64,000 nucleotides of DNA from Camelus dromedarius (Eukaryota). This document shows positions 13,197-28,100 of this stretch, piece by piece. Numbering within the stretch: position 1 is the first letter of the stretch; each line of letters begins with the position of its first letter. The position numbers were made by a program, and so were the translations under genes. The notes beneath the pieces are model-generated. The model did not search any database and had not been told where the DNA came from. It saw only the letters and a list, made by a program, of their open reading frames with translations. The stretch covers positions 84,384,001 to 84,448,000 of the forward strand of contig NC_087436.1 in assembly GCF_036321535.1 (NCBI RefSeq), read 5' to 3'.

Positions 13197-16100
13197 TTAT
13201 AAATTGCCCTTTCTGATTTTCTTGTCAGCCTGCTTCAAGGAAATCCATGTGTTCAATACACTTGCTCGCAGCTTGGCCCATACCAAATGGTTGTTTAATC
13301 CAAATATCTGAGCAGCAAACTGAGCTGATCCTTCTGGAGAAAGTATGGTTGAACAGCCAAGACCTATTGGTTCAGAAAAGAAAAGACAGAAAATTGACGA
13401 AATACCACTTAACAAACTATTTTATACTCTTGGAAGCCCTGCTAGCTACAAACAATAAAAGCTACTATATTATCCTTGTCTAAAGTAGGATCTGTGGAAG
13501 GAATTTCCATCTTTACTATTAGAGTGATAAAGTAATTATAAGAGGATAAGTAATATTTATCCACCGGGAACAGATATTTTATATACATTAACTATCACTC
13601 TCCTCACTGAATCCACTTGCAAGGAAATTTACTTTTTTCAAAGTTCTTTTCACATGGACTATCCCTTTAAATATCTGATGAAAGGCAACAGAAATAAAAC
13701 AAAGAACGAGGTAAGTGGGTAGAAGCGAAGCATCTGTTCTTAGACAAACCTGAGGTACGTTAATTATTCTGGTAATTTTCTAGTTATTCCTTTTGTCTCT
13801 GCACTTGAAGTATTCTAACATTTTTAAGCAGTGAAAAAGTCAAATCCATAAAATAATTCTAAGAATCAGGTTATAAATAAATTCAATAATAATAATTCAG
13901 TAATAAGATCTAAAAAAAAAGAAAGTAACTTCTTGGGCACCACGGGTTTGCTCAGGCAGAGCTTCTTGAGGTGGTACCATTATGTCTTTGTCCCTAGAGT
14001 CAAGGACTAGCTAGCTTAGAATTCCAAAAGCTATATTTTCCCCAAACTCTTGGAATTCATCAGGCTTTCTGACTCTTACTATCCCCAGTAAGAACGGACT
14101 AAAGCAGAAATCACAAGGTTTATTTAATTTGTATTAATAAATCAATTTACATATAGCTGTACCACTTACTATGTAACTAACATCAGCCAAATTACTTAAT
14201 TTTAGTATCCCTATCTGTAACATGGGAGTGATAACTAGTAGCTACCTTTTGTGAGGATTCAGTGAGTTACTGTATAAACAGAGTAAGTGCGAGGCACAGT
14301 GCCTGGCACACAGAGTAAGTACTCAGTGAATGTCAACCATCAGTAGTATACTGGGTAGAGTGTTCCACTCTAGCAACTGAAATACCTGTGCCTGCTGCCC
14401 AGGACTCCCTTTCTGATATTAAGAAAGCTTAATTAGAAAAAAAATGAAGTTATCTGGGGAGCATGCCATACGAGAAAGTTTTTAGGATTTTATATAGCCA
14501 CTGTAAAACTGTTCCTCAAAAGATTATCCCCAATTCTACTGACCAGAATGTACAAATCTTCTAGATTCTGTCTCCCCTTGGATATTACTAGGTAAAAACT
14601 GCCAAATTTTTGCTCACCACATTCCTTTCTCTAAGCTCCATGGATAATAATACCTATGCCATTCGTCTGGCATAAATTTGGGTATAGCTTCATTTATAGT
14701 TATGATTTTTAACTTGCTGAAGCTGATATAATCAGATCTATCTAGTTAAAGATGGATTAGTCAAAAGATGTTTCTCTGAAACCTATAAAAACAACAGTAA
14801 AGGGAATAAAGGAAATAGACAAACACACGAACAAGAGATAACAGCAATGACGTGGCAAATCGAGTAGTAACTAACTTAGCAAACCAAGAAAATTTAAACC
14901 TAAACTAGAAGCAGGGAAGATGAAAAGCTACCTGACATTAGAGAACTCACTCAAAGGTTGAGGAATTGGTGATACCAGATACTTTTGAGGGGAAGAGTGA
15001 GGGTGAAAATGGGGCTAAAAAGAAGACTGAGTAGAAGTTGAACAGTAAGGCCATCAGATCCCCTTCCCTACTCTATGTACCTTAGCAGTGGCCCATTCTG
15101 CACCATGGCAGTTTTAAATTTTTCTGGAGGCAAAACACTTTAGTCCAGACTTCTGTGCCAACCAGGCACAATTGAGGCAAGGAGTGCTACAGTGAAAACA
15201 TGGGATTAAGTTTGCACACATTTGTTAAGATCGCCAGCTTCCAGAATGCTGGCAGCCAAGTTCACTTCCCCAGGCAGAGACTGAGACTAGAAAGGTTCTC
15301 TGGGTAGTTCTGGCCAATACATGAGAAAAGACTGAAGACACTGATGTGGGGAGTTATTCAAAGAACAACCCTACAAGATCACCCAACAGTCGAGGCCACT
15401 TGTGACAAGCCCCACCCACTTGTAGAGCTTCCAGTTGGTTTTTACTATGCCCATTCTTTAAGAGCAAACAGCCAAGGCTCAGCAAACAGCTAAGGAAAGG
15501 AACCAATATGAAAGAAATAATAATAACCTCAGATTACTGAGAGGTTATTGCAAAGATTAAACAAGAAAAGGATGTCTGGGAGGGATGAGTAAGAAATTAA
15601 AAATACTGTACCCAATGAAAACTCAATGGAAGGGTTGGAATGTAAAGCTGAGGAAATATTCCAGGAGGTATAGCAACAGGAATAAGAAAACAAAATAGAA
15701 ATGAAGGAAGTTCAAATGTGAAAAATAAATTCAAAAATGAGAGAAGAAAGAAAATGGAGGGGGAAGGAAATTATTAAGGAATTCAAGAAAATTTCCCAGG
15801 ACTAAAGAATTGATGTTCCAGATTAAAAGAGCCAACTAAAATGCCAGGATGAAAACGGACTTACCAAGACACATCTTTGTGAGATTTAAGGACAATGGAT
15901 TGAAAAGATCCTAAAAGCTTCCAGAAAGAAACACAATGCATAAAACAACCCAGAATCACCTATAGTGGAAGGGGACTGGAGTTTTCAATAACTCTGGAAG
16001 CTAGAAGACAGTGGAGTAAGCCCTCAAAATTCTGACAAAATAATTTTCAACCTTGAATTCGATTCCTAAATTATCAAATCAGTGTGAGCTACGATACAAA

Positions 16101-19100
16101 CATTTTAGATATACGAGGTCTCAGGAAGTTTATCTTCTATACCCTTTCCTCAGGGAGTTCACTAAGAATGCTTTCCAACAAAAAGTAAGCCAAGGAAGGC
16201 GAAGACATGGGACCTAGGACACAAGAGATCCAATACTAGAGAAAGGCAAAATGAACATCCATGATGCTGACTGAGAGCAGTGCAGCAGGCCTGGAGAGAA
16301 GCCAGTCCATATGGGAACAGGTCAGGGGGCACAGGTACATAACATACTCCACACATGAGCAGATTTACACTTACACGACTGAGAGAGAAGTTGGAGGTTT
16401 AAGTAATAAGCAAATCAACTTTTACTAAAGTAAAACAGTCATGACTCTTAGGACTTGTAGATCAGATCATTATCTTGGACTATGATGAGCATACCACAAT
16501 ATTGTTATTTTATGAGACTCTGCTCAGGCAGCCAACTGATGAAACTTCCTTGTGTTTTAATTATTCTAACCCCTAATTTTTTAAAAATTTCATTTCCTCT
16601 ACAAAAGTAATACCACATTTACTTAAAAAAAAACCTCAATATAATGAATGATGTATTCTTGGGTTGAAAAAAAGAAATCTGAACTTGAAATAACTACAGA
16701 TCTTACCAGTAGTTTACAGAACATATAGGGGATGGATGAGCATAGTAAACAACACCCAGGAATATAACCAACTAAATCCAAAATGTGGAAGATTCTATAG
16801 GACAAATGAAAGGAAAAAAAGGAGGGGGATTAAAAGAGACTTAAGAGATGTATCAATTAAATGCAGGGTAGGGACTGTGTTGGATCTTAATTTGAACAAG
16901 CCAACTGTAAAAACAAATGAGATGACTGGAAAAATTTGAACCCTAACTGGAATTAAGTGATTTTAAGAAATTACCATTAATTTTTCTTACAGTATCCTGA
17001 TTATGATTTTAAAACTATAAAGTATCACTTAGAAAAGCATACTTAAATATCTAAGTATAAAATGCTATACTGTCTCAGATCTGCTTTAAAATAATCCAGC
17101 AGGGAACTGGCTCTGTTGCACAATGGACAGTGTGTTAGGCTTCTAAAATAATCCAGCAGGAGAGGGCTACAGATGCAACAAGATGTTAACTGCTGAAGCT
17201 GGGTAATGGGTACATGAGATTTCATTGTTATATTCTCTCTACTATTGTGCTTCTTTGAAACTTTTTAATAATTTTTAGAAAGTCAGTGTATCTTACCACT
17301 GGGTAATCGAAGAGAAGACCACACATCTTGAGCTCCCCAGTCTGCAGTGAGGGGAGGACAGCTGATAACTGGATATGCAGTGTTACCAGACATCACTGGT
17401 CCTAAACCATTGCTTCTGCCTGCCACTGCCACAAATACAGTAGGAATGCCATCCCCTAGGGAAATTACAGGTTTATTATTAGGCTAAACATTCAAAAGAG
17501 ATTTAAAGACAGGTTAAAAAAGGGGGGTACCCATATGCAGTAACTCCTTGACTTCCTTTAATAGCAGTCTGTAGAAAAGCACTATATTAAGATAATATTG
17601 TTAGATATACATTCAAAATACAAGGTTCATTCTGCCACTTACTGTATGTATATCAAGTAATGAAGTAGCAAGAATAGGTTTGGCCATTTTTTGAGATCTA
17701 TACTATAAAGAGGGTACCAAAGTGCTAGTGAGGAAATGGCTCAAAGGCCCCTTCACTGCTGCTGCTTACGCTCACTGAAGCAAAGAATGACACCACCTGA
17801 ACCAGCATCTGTCCTCGTGTCCTTCAACCTACAGGGTATGGGAGACAAGTTAATAGAGACTAGAGGTTTGGGGACACTTCTTGAAACAAGAATTGAAGAA
17901 ATGAATTCAATAATATAGTACTCAAATATTTAAGGCCCTTTTATATATATATATATATATATTTTTAACATCTCATAAACATTTCATTCTTTCATAAATT
18001 ATTTGTTTCCTACAGCAGAGATTCCTAACTGAGAATCCAAAATTTTATGTATCTGTATTTTTCTGTAGAAATAGTTCTGGCTTTTACTAGCTTATCACAG
18101 GGATCTGAGACCCACCCACCCACCCCTGCCCTGTGTCAGCCAACAAAACAAAACAAACCCAAACTCAATAATTATACTCCTATAGTAACTATCTTAAGAA
18201 GGAATACTCAACCAACATTTTTTTCCAGTGGAGAAACTTGGTTGTGTCTCCAGGGCTCCATTATTTTCGATCTATGCTATCCCATCAAGCCACTTCTTTT
18301 ATGAATTAAATTCTGCAATTATTCCTTAATTTCATGTTTGACTGCCTCCCAGAAAAGGACAGCCATTCAAGGTACTTCAGAGGATCTGCTGCTTCAACCT
18401 CAGGTCTCCTGTAACTGACGTGGGGCCCATTTTCTGTTGAAGAGTATTTGAAACAATGCTTGACGGGCTTCTTACTAGGTAAAGACTAATTCTAACTCTT
18501 TTATAAGCTCCAACAGCACCTTAAAGTTTTTGTAGGCAAATATCAGGAAAGTCTAGAATATCACATTTTTTTCCCTTGGAAATGGGGCAAAGCTATTTTT
18601 CAGCATTATTAGTCTAAATATATAATTTGGAGGCAAAATCAGGAGAACTTCCTGAAATGCTCTAGTTATTCGACATTCACCTTCATACTGAGCTTTAATC
18701 CTCAGAGTTTCATCTGGTCCTTTATGGGCAGATGTTACCCTAAGTTCACATGGAATGCCAAAACTTCCACAAGCCTTCTTAATTTTTTCACAGTGACTGA
18801 GATCAGAAGTTGAGCCCATCAATACTACAACTCTGCACTGACTTTCTGGTTTCAGAAGCAACTGGAAGAGAAAAACATGAATATGCAAAAGATGGTAAGG
18901 ACAAATTTGGATAAATACAGGAATAAGTACCATAAAAATAGTCCGTTTACAGAGTTATAATTTATAGTAAAATTATAACTTGACAGAGTATTTTCTTTCT
19001 ATTAAGACCAAATTTAAGAAAGAGACAAGCAGAATAAAATGATAGGTTTTATTTTTCAAAATAACCTCCATATATAAAGGAAAGTGGTCTTCATAATTAA

Positions 19101-22100
19101 GACCCCTAAAGAGTAAGATTTTAAATCAGATAAATTATGTTTACTATTAACAAAAAGTATGTTTACTAAATTATATTTACTATTAACAGAAAATATGTTT
19201 ACTATTAATAAAAAGCAATGATAAACACTCAAAACTTTTAATTAGTGTTCAGGAAGTTATAATATATTTTATCTAAGATTTTTAGTACATTCTGTTTAAC
19301 AGAAGTTTTAAGGCATAATCAGCCAAAATAAAGGTCATGTTATAAATCTTTGTAAGCTAGTTGCTTGGAATTCAAAAGGCATGTTCCCATGGAAATGATG
19401 TCCTAAAAAGTAGTTACTACCTTGGATAACCACAAACCCCATTCAGTTTCCATGAGATTATAGTAATAATAATAATACCATAAATTTTAAACTGACATTT
19501 TAATGTTGCATGGAGTTCCAATTCTGAACTCTGCTAATGGAACTCTGAGTAGCAGCGGACAGGTAGGTAGGAAATGTAAGGCTTCTCCTGCAAGGGGTAA
19601 GGAGAAAAGGATTCCAGGTTTCCCTAAAAGAACTTAGGAGAAGTGGCCTGGCCCATTTCACAAGAGGGTTCCAGGATGCCAGTGAGACTAGTTCAGCTGG
19701 TACATTTCTTAAAGGTGCTCCTTTAAAGTTATTGGAAAAAAGAAAAGCACAGCACCATCTCACTTCTTCTCTTTTTGAAGCAAGATTTTCTTAGAGAAAA
19801 ACACAATACAATATGGATTTATTACAAGGTTTACCTCTACTCTTTCTGCAACCCACTCAAAATTTTTCTTTACCATCTGCAGCCCTTCAGGAGTTACTTC
19901 CTTGAGGTCACGATATGACTAGAAAATAAAATAGAAAGTTTAGAATACTTCATGTGCATGACTTCTCCAGCCCCACCAAAAAAAAAAAACCAACCAGGTC
20001 TAATAAGCAGAGATGACTGATATGAGCCACTGCTATAGAGACTCACTACCTCTCATCCAATTCCCAGACCTCAGTCAGTTTCTGACTAAAAAAGATATTG
20101 GGTATTCTGTTAGTAATATTTTTGCTATCTGAAGTTAATTTCGTTTTTGAGTTTTAGGTATAAATTATGAAGAGGTGGCCTAGCAAAAGATCTATCTGTA
20201 AATGTACCTGAGTCAGAAAATGTATTAATTTCCTGAATTAGACAACAGAGAGTTCAGATAGTAATGTATAGTTACATTTCCATTTAAGGATAAGTGCTTT
20301 ATACGCTAGCAACTACAGTTAACTGCCCTGACAATTCTCATATATTAAGTAGAGAGGGTCTTGCCCTAATCTTGTTTTCCATAGGAAAGAGCAGAAATGG
20401 AACCTCATAAGATCTGCACGACTTGAGATAGGGTTCCAGATCTGCCACTTACTTATACAATCATGAAGATTTTTATCCTCCAAGAGCCTTAGTTTTCAAT
20501 TAGCCCAACAAGGATAATACTGGCTCTGTGTAAGAGTCTGTTAAAATAAGCGAGAAATGTGCTTTGTAAAGTATTATTCCTATCTCTTTTTTCAGGATAC
20601 AGGAAACATGAGAAATACATGTTTAAAATTACACAGCAATCAACAATTCAGGTTCATATCATAAGGAACAACAACTGCCTTTTCTTTTCCTCCCGTCTTC
20701 CCTTTCTCCTCTATCCCAGCCTGATCTTACAAAGGATAAAAAAGAAAGAAAGAAAAAAAAAAACCTGAAGCATTACCTACCTGTTTGTCTTTTTGCTGGC
20801 TTCGATCTCCTGATGGCCAGAGTCTCCAGGAATCATTATCAATAACATCAGCAAGAACAATTTCTTTGGTGGTTATATCAACACCAAATTCAATCTAGAA
20901 ACAGTACATCACCACAAGAGGTTTTCAAAACTATACTACTAAAGCCATTTCTCAGTTATAATCTTTACTTTCAAGTCTCCATTTTATTTGTACCTTCATA
21001 TCAACCAGCGTACAGTTCTGGGGCAACCAGGACTTCTCCAGTATTTCAAAGATAGCCTGTGTAGCATGACTCATGATATCCACTTCAGTCTGGCCTATAA
21101 CAAGGCCAGCAAAGCAAAAATTTGCAGCGATTAGCTGTTCCTCAGACCACTGTGGATCATTATTGGCATCATCCTGAGAAAAAAGTATAGGAGGACAATT
21201 AATCTAAATATAAAAATTTTGAGCTTCACGGATAAATTGAATTGAGCATGAATTTCTCAGAGATATTCATCTTCTCTAAAAATTTAATTTTAAAAAATAT
21301 ATACTTTAATTCAAAGAAATCATTTTTTTAACTTTTCTACTTTCAATAGCTACCTTAAAATTTAAAATATTTAGGTAACTTATTCTAGGTCATAAATTAG
21401 AATTTGCTGTCTCTATATAAATCATCATTTAAATACAAATTTGAAATTTTTATTTTTCCTTAATCAAAGTCAATAGAGTTGGTAAGGCAAAAACACATTT
21501 TAGTCCACCAAAATCTTTCCAGAATGCAACTTTCATAATCCCCTGACCTTATTTTTTATAAGTATTTATACAAGACTACAAGTCTTCAGGGACATTACTT
21601 GACAATTCAAGAGAAAAATAAAGAGATTGGTGAGAAAATAAAAAACTTTTACTTTATTCTAAGTACTGTCCCAGTGAAAATTTTCTTTTATGGATTCTTT
21701 TTTTTTTAAATAAATGACCTTCTTAAATTTTTTTTTACATATTTATTTATTTTAATGAAAGTACTGGGGATTGAACTCAGGACCTGTGCAAGCTAAGAAC
21801 ATGCTCTACCACTGAGCTACACTCACCCACTTTTATGGATTCTTTTTTTTTTTAATTGAAGTATAGTTAGTTAATGTGTCAATTTCTGGTGTACAGCATG
21901 ATGCTTCAGTCATATAGGAACATACATATATTCGTTTTCATATTCTTTTTCACCATAGGTTACTACAAGATATTGAATACAGTTCTCTGTGCTATACAGC
22001 ATAAACTTGTTTATCTATGGATTCTTGATTTGACATTGCTTCTGAGATAGAAGAAATATGCCTAATATCATAAACAAAGATGAACAGATAAAAGCAGTTT

Positions 22101-25100
22101 CAATAAAAATCAATACAAATTTGTAACTGTTGACTCCTATTTCCTTTATTATACTTTACTATGTTTTTGCTTATAAGAGACATTAATACAGTTTCCTGTA
22201 TTAGAATATAAAAAGATCCCTCATATTAGCCTTCACTTCAAATTCTTCAACAGATTTTAAAATTTATTGAATCGTTACTTTCCTTCCTAGTAACTGCTAA
22301 TTTTAATTTGTTCATTTTGTTAGTCATCTTGGTTCAAAGAAAGATAAGATTTTCACAGACGTTTTCTTTTAAAAATCTAAATTATCATTGCTAATGAAAG
22401 TAAACTTTTTTGACATATATTTCTGGAATGACAATTGCACTATCAAAAGCTTTAATAATGTTTAAATCTTTTGACTTTTTACTAAACTGGTTGCTATGTT
22501 ATAGTAAGACAGGGAGGCATAAAATAATTACCAAATAATTACCTTGAAAAACATCTCCACTTTAGGTGGGTAGAACTTATATCCTTCCTTGACACCAGGA
22601 TTTCTTTTGAGAAAAGAACCAGTTGCTATTCTTCTACAAACCCATTCAATTGGAATCATTTCACACCTAGGTGCAATGAAAGCTGTCTCCCCACATATTC
22701 TGGTGAAAGCAGTTTTGATACCTACATATTGATGACAAAAAGAAAAAAAAATTTTAAAGGTAGATCCGAGGCATAATAAAAGTCCACCCTTAAAACAAAA
22801 CAGAAACCCTACCTAGCCAAATGCATTATCCTTAAACAGCACTACCAAAAAAAAAAAAAAAAAAAGTAGAAGTAAGAAAACAAAATTATTAATATGGCTT
22901 TCTACTGCTTATCAAAATATTCAGGAATATTTCATTTCAATGTTGCATGGCAAAGTATACACTGGACCAAAAAAATCTGTATCCCAGTGTCTTTACCATC
23001 ATTCATCCATTGAAAAAACACTGAGTACCTCCTCTGCCAATGTACACATAACTTTGCACAAGGCGTATAACTAAGTGGCACCCAATTACCTCTGAATCAG
23101 ACCTGGCTGCAGGATTCTCATATTCTATGGTCCAGCATTATATGGGCCTTATAAAATATTAATCTACTTATCACAATCAGATACAGCCCTAAATTTTGGA
23201 TAGCCCTTTTCTCTGAATATTTAAAGAAAATAATCCTTGAAAAAAGCATTCAATAGGTAGCAGCAGGAACAGTGGCCAATTTGGCCAAGAGCAAAGAAAA
23301 TATTTGTCCTTCCTCTCTCTTCTTACTTAAAATATTACTGAAAAACTGAGATAAAGAGCCGCCTTGTGATGTTTAGGATGGGAGCTATTTTATATGGTAG
23401 TCCTGGAAAATAATAATCTCTCTAATAATAGTTACAATGTATCATAAACCATATGACCCAGCAATTCCACTTCTAGGTATATATACAAAATTGAAAGCAG
23501 GGACTCAAACAGATATTTGTACATCATTGTTCACAGCAGCATCATTCATAATAGCCAAAAGAGGGAAACAACCCAAGTGTCCAACAACAGATGAGCAGAG
23601 TAGATAGACAAAATGTAGTAAATACATACAATGATTATTCAGTCATAAAAAAAGAAATTCTGATACAGGCTACAGCATGGATGGTCCATGAAAACCTTAT
23701 GCTAAGTGAAATAAAGGTTAAAAATTGTGTAATTTGACTTATACAAGGTACCTACAATAGACAAATTCATAGAGCCAGAAAGTAGAACAGAGGTTACCAG
23801 AAGAGTTACTGTTTAATGGGTCAGAGTTTCTGTTTGGGAGGATGAAAAAGTTCTGGAAATTGAGAATGGTGATTGATGGTTGCACAACACTGTCAACGTA
23901 CTTAAATGACACTGAATCATACATTTAAAAATGCTTAAAATGGTAAATTTTATGTATGTATATTTTACCACAATTTGCAAGACCTACTTTAAGGCATTGT
24001 AAATTCATTTTCTTTTTGTTTAATCCTATTTATTTATGTTTGTTTGTAATACCTGATAAGATATGATAGTAATCCAACGAAACAGGTAAGAACAGAGACA
24101 CAGTAGTTATGTCAGTAAGGATTAGGGAAAGCAGGGTTTCCAACCCACACTGTCTGAACTCTGTAGGCTGCTGACTTAACCACTATGCTATACTGTCTCT
24201 CCTAGAGGTGTTAATACATTACAGTACAAATACTATAGCATAAACATGGATTAAAATATCTTCTGGAAACCTGCATGGGCTTAACATATTAATGCCCATC
24301 TTCAGACTAAAATGTTAGTACCTCCGATCCCAATCTAATCCTCTAATAAGATCAATTTTTTTTTTTAAATCAGGAAAGGATTGAAGATCTTTGATCTTCT
24401 GTGTACCCACACATAATGGGAACCTACATTTATGGAAACGTTGCTTCATGCTAAGTGTTCTACATGTTACCTTATTTAATCAAACATAAAATTTTTGAGG
24501 TAAGTACTATTATTTACATTTTGTAGTGAAAGAAATAGAGGCTCAAAGAAGTTAAGTAATTTAACAAGTTAGGTCATGCTGTCAATCAGTAAGAGAGCCT
24601 GGACCTGAAATGCACTATCTGGTTCTAAAACGTGTACTGTTTTCTCTGCATTCCCTCTGGGAATGTTAAAAACCTTTAGGTAAAATATTTAGGCCATTTT
24701 AACCTTTAATGAATGATTGGGCTCATGGGCAGACAGGAGATTTAAATCAATCCTTAATTTGAGGTGCTAACTACATGCCTGGCTTTAAGAGTGCTTCTTT
24801 TTTAGGACTGTTAATAGTCGTATCTGCTCACTTGTCTACCAAGCTCGACAGACTAGTATCCAAGTTTATTGGTGAACTCTCCCCATTTTTCTCACTTGTT
24901 TACAAAATTCAAAACTTCTATCAAAGAGTGAAAATGTAAAAAAAAAAAAAAAAAAAAAAAAAGAGTGAAAATGTGTCACTTCATATTCTGAATTACAATG
25001 GCTGACAGTGACAGCTCATCAGCCCAGTTACCCCTGAGGCCGTCCCTGTATTAAGGTTGCCTAGCTCCCCATCTGTGGTTTAACACCTACAGGACTGTCA

Positions 25101-28100
25101 GTCATATCACTACCACCACAGCTAAATGTAATTAGAGTTGGTTTCTGTGTGGGAGGGCACTGAGACTTAAAAAGCTAAATTCTGATTTTTAACTATTGAG
25201 AATAAATCCAGGAACTTCAAAATTCAGGTACAGTATGTATATTATTTCCATGGAAAACAGTATTATCTATACCTGCTATCTGTATAGTCTTTTACAGTTT
25301 GCTCATGAGTGACAAAGAAAATTTGAATTCTGGTATATTGATTCTCATTCTGGTACTCTCCCCATTCAAATTTCTAGAAACACTTTCATTAGGAACACAC
25401 CCCTGGTTATAAAGAAAGCTGTCTTAAATAGTCCACTGATGGTCAAGACATAGCATTTAACTATTAGCAAGTAAAAATTACATGAGGCTTAATAGGACTC
25501 TTAATTGTATCATAAAATACTCTAAGAATTTTTTTAAAAACTTAAGTTTTCCTTAATTTCACAGTATATAAAACCTGGAAAACATCTTTCAACACTTCCT
25601 ATGAACCAAGTAAGTTTTAGCTATGTTAAGTGTGCCAAATAAAGATAATCGCTGGAGAATTTCACTTGGGTAACCAACTTTCTCAGCTGAACGAAGGACT
25701 TTCAGAGTCAAAACTGGGAAAGTCCTGGACAGAGACAACTTGGATCATCCTAATTCACTTGTTCTTAAGCCCCAGCAAGTACACTGAATAAGTGCCTTAT
25801 TAAACAAGCAAATAAAAACTTAAGCCTATATTTACCTTCCATTACTTGAAAGTGTATATAATTTTATTTTTTAATAAATATATTTATTATTATATATATA
25901 TATATACATATATAAAGCCCCATAGCTATGTATTACTATGAGAACACAAAAGATAATTTTTGTATTGTTCACTTACAGTGTTAAACAACTAAAAAAAAAT
26001 TAATGTGTATGGGGAGGAGATAACTTGTGAGGTTAACAAATGGATCAGTTGTATCTGTACTGCAAAAGAAAGCTAAAATTAGTTTGATGCTCTCTCTAGA
26101 AATCTCCTCGGTCATTGGGAAACTACCAATCCAGAAAGCCTTAAAGCAAAATCCTGTATAGTATTACTTAGGTACTGTGAGAAGTGCTTTAAATTTATAG
26201 CAATATATTTATCTTCAATGCATAGAGGAATTTATGATGTGGATGATAATTTAGGTTGGCAATTAAACATTTTTTTTCATATTAATTTAAAAATGTGAAA
26301 CAGGGTACTTTGGAAAAGGCAAAACTATTCAAGAACCCATTCTGTACTGACAAAATGGATTTAACTTGAACTACCTCGTTCTTTTGTGGAAAGCAGATAC
26401 ATCTATCTTGACTGGAAACAAAGGTATTAAATTCCCCTTTGGATTTAAAAAAGATTAATTCTTACTGGAAGATCTAGGAAATGAGAGGACAACTGGAGAT
26501 ACTGGAAGTAAAAGGAGATGAAGTTATTAAATTATAAAATTAGATCTGGGATGATAAAGAACAAAGCTTTTATTTTACAGATGAGCAACTGGAGGCTTCA
26601 AAGGTTGAGTGACCTAAGGCACAAGGTCTCTTACAGTGGACAGGGAGCTGAAATCTTTTGCTGGCTGAGATTTTACATACTGCAGACCAATCAGCTTTTG
26701 ACTAAATCCCTGCAGAAAAATGGTTATCCTAATTCTCCTTTCACTCCAAGTACCCTCCACAAAATATTCTGATCTGAATTTCATCTTTCAAATAGATTTC
26801 TCTATTGGAAACAGTCTTCATTCAGTTTTAGAGTAGGAGGTAACCCTGGACATCTTTGATCTAGCCCAAATCCCTCACTTGGAGAATGGCAGGATGAGCA
26901 GATGTGATCTTCAACGACTTTTCAGGGCTTTCAAGTGGAAGAGGGATTTGAAATTCTGTATTATCTCCAAGGGGGTGGAGCAAATTTATATAGAATTATA
27001 GAGACTAAATTTCAATTCATCAATTAGAGCTGCCTAACACCAGAGTGTGCTTCCTTCCTGCATGGGTAAGTCTCTCCTAGGAAGATGTCTCCTAGGAAGA
27101 CTACAGCAAACTGTTAAGATTCCTTTTAATTAACCAAATGATACAACTTAATAACTCCAAATCAAATAAAGTGTCACAGTGAAGTTTGAGTTCCTGGTTT
27201 GATTTAAATAAGCTTAGTATGAGAGACATCCCCAAACATGTTGTTAATCCAAACAGTACCATCTCCCCATTAAAGAGATCAGAGCGGCGTATGCGAAAGG
27301 GAGGAGGCTGTAGGGGGAGCCACTCACCTGATTCCTGTAACAACTGAAAAATACAACTGGTAATTTTATTTGAGATTGCAGCTTTTCCTTCAAGGTGATT
27401 CTTTCTGGCTGCATTTCCTGCTGTAATCTGGTCCTTGGACTGCAGGAGGACTTTTCCTGGACTATCCAACAATTCATAGACTTCTTTTGTTTTGCCCTCA
27501 TAGAGTTTTTTACCAACGTTCAAAACTGAAAATAACATGGAAACATCAGATTTTGGAAAGAAATTTCCTAAAGTTAATTTAGGAGACTAAGTTATCTGAA
27601 ATGATGAATCAGTGAACATACAGAGTAATTAAATAATTTTAATAAAAATTAACTTATCTGCATAGAACCTTATACTCTACAAAGTATTTTCAATGCATCA
27701 TCACATTTCATTCACATAATTTTGTGAAAAATTATAATTATGTAAATAATTATAGAGATTAGGAAACTAAGAGTCAAAAAGGTGGAGGTCACACGGTTAG
27801 GAAATGGCAGGACTAGGAAAAGCCCTAAATCTGGTATCTAATTCTGTGCTCTTCCCACTATCAACCTGCCTCATAGCAGAACTGAAGTAGAATTAGCTAA
27901 GATACATTAAAATTAATATAACTACACTAGTATTTTCATATATATACAGTATACTCACAATACAATAACTAAACTAACTTGCTAGGGGAAAAAATGCTGT
28001 ATTTTTTCAGACTTTGGCTTTCCATGGCAGGCAAAATGGCAAAGTTCAGCCAGAAGGGTTTCTTTCTTTTGGGGGAGGGTGGGGGTAATTAAGCTTATTT

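Noticed and set aside
19136..19212. Short tandem repeats (TATGTTTACTATTAA-like, ~3-4 copies) as a structured array
   Set aside because: Degenerate AT-rich slippage repeat in an intron. There are no unique spacers, and CRISPR is not applicable in a mammalian genome.
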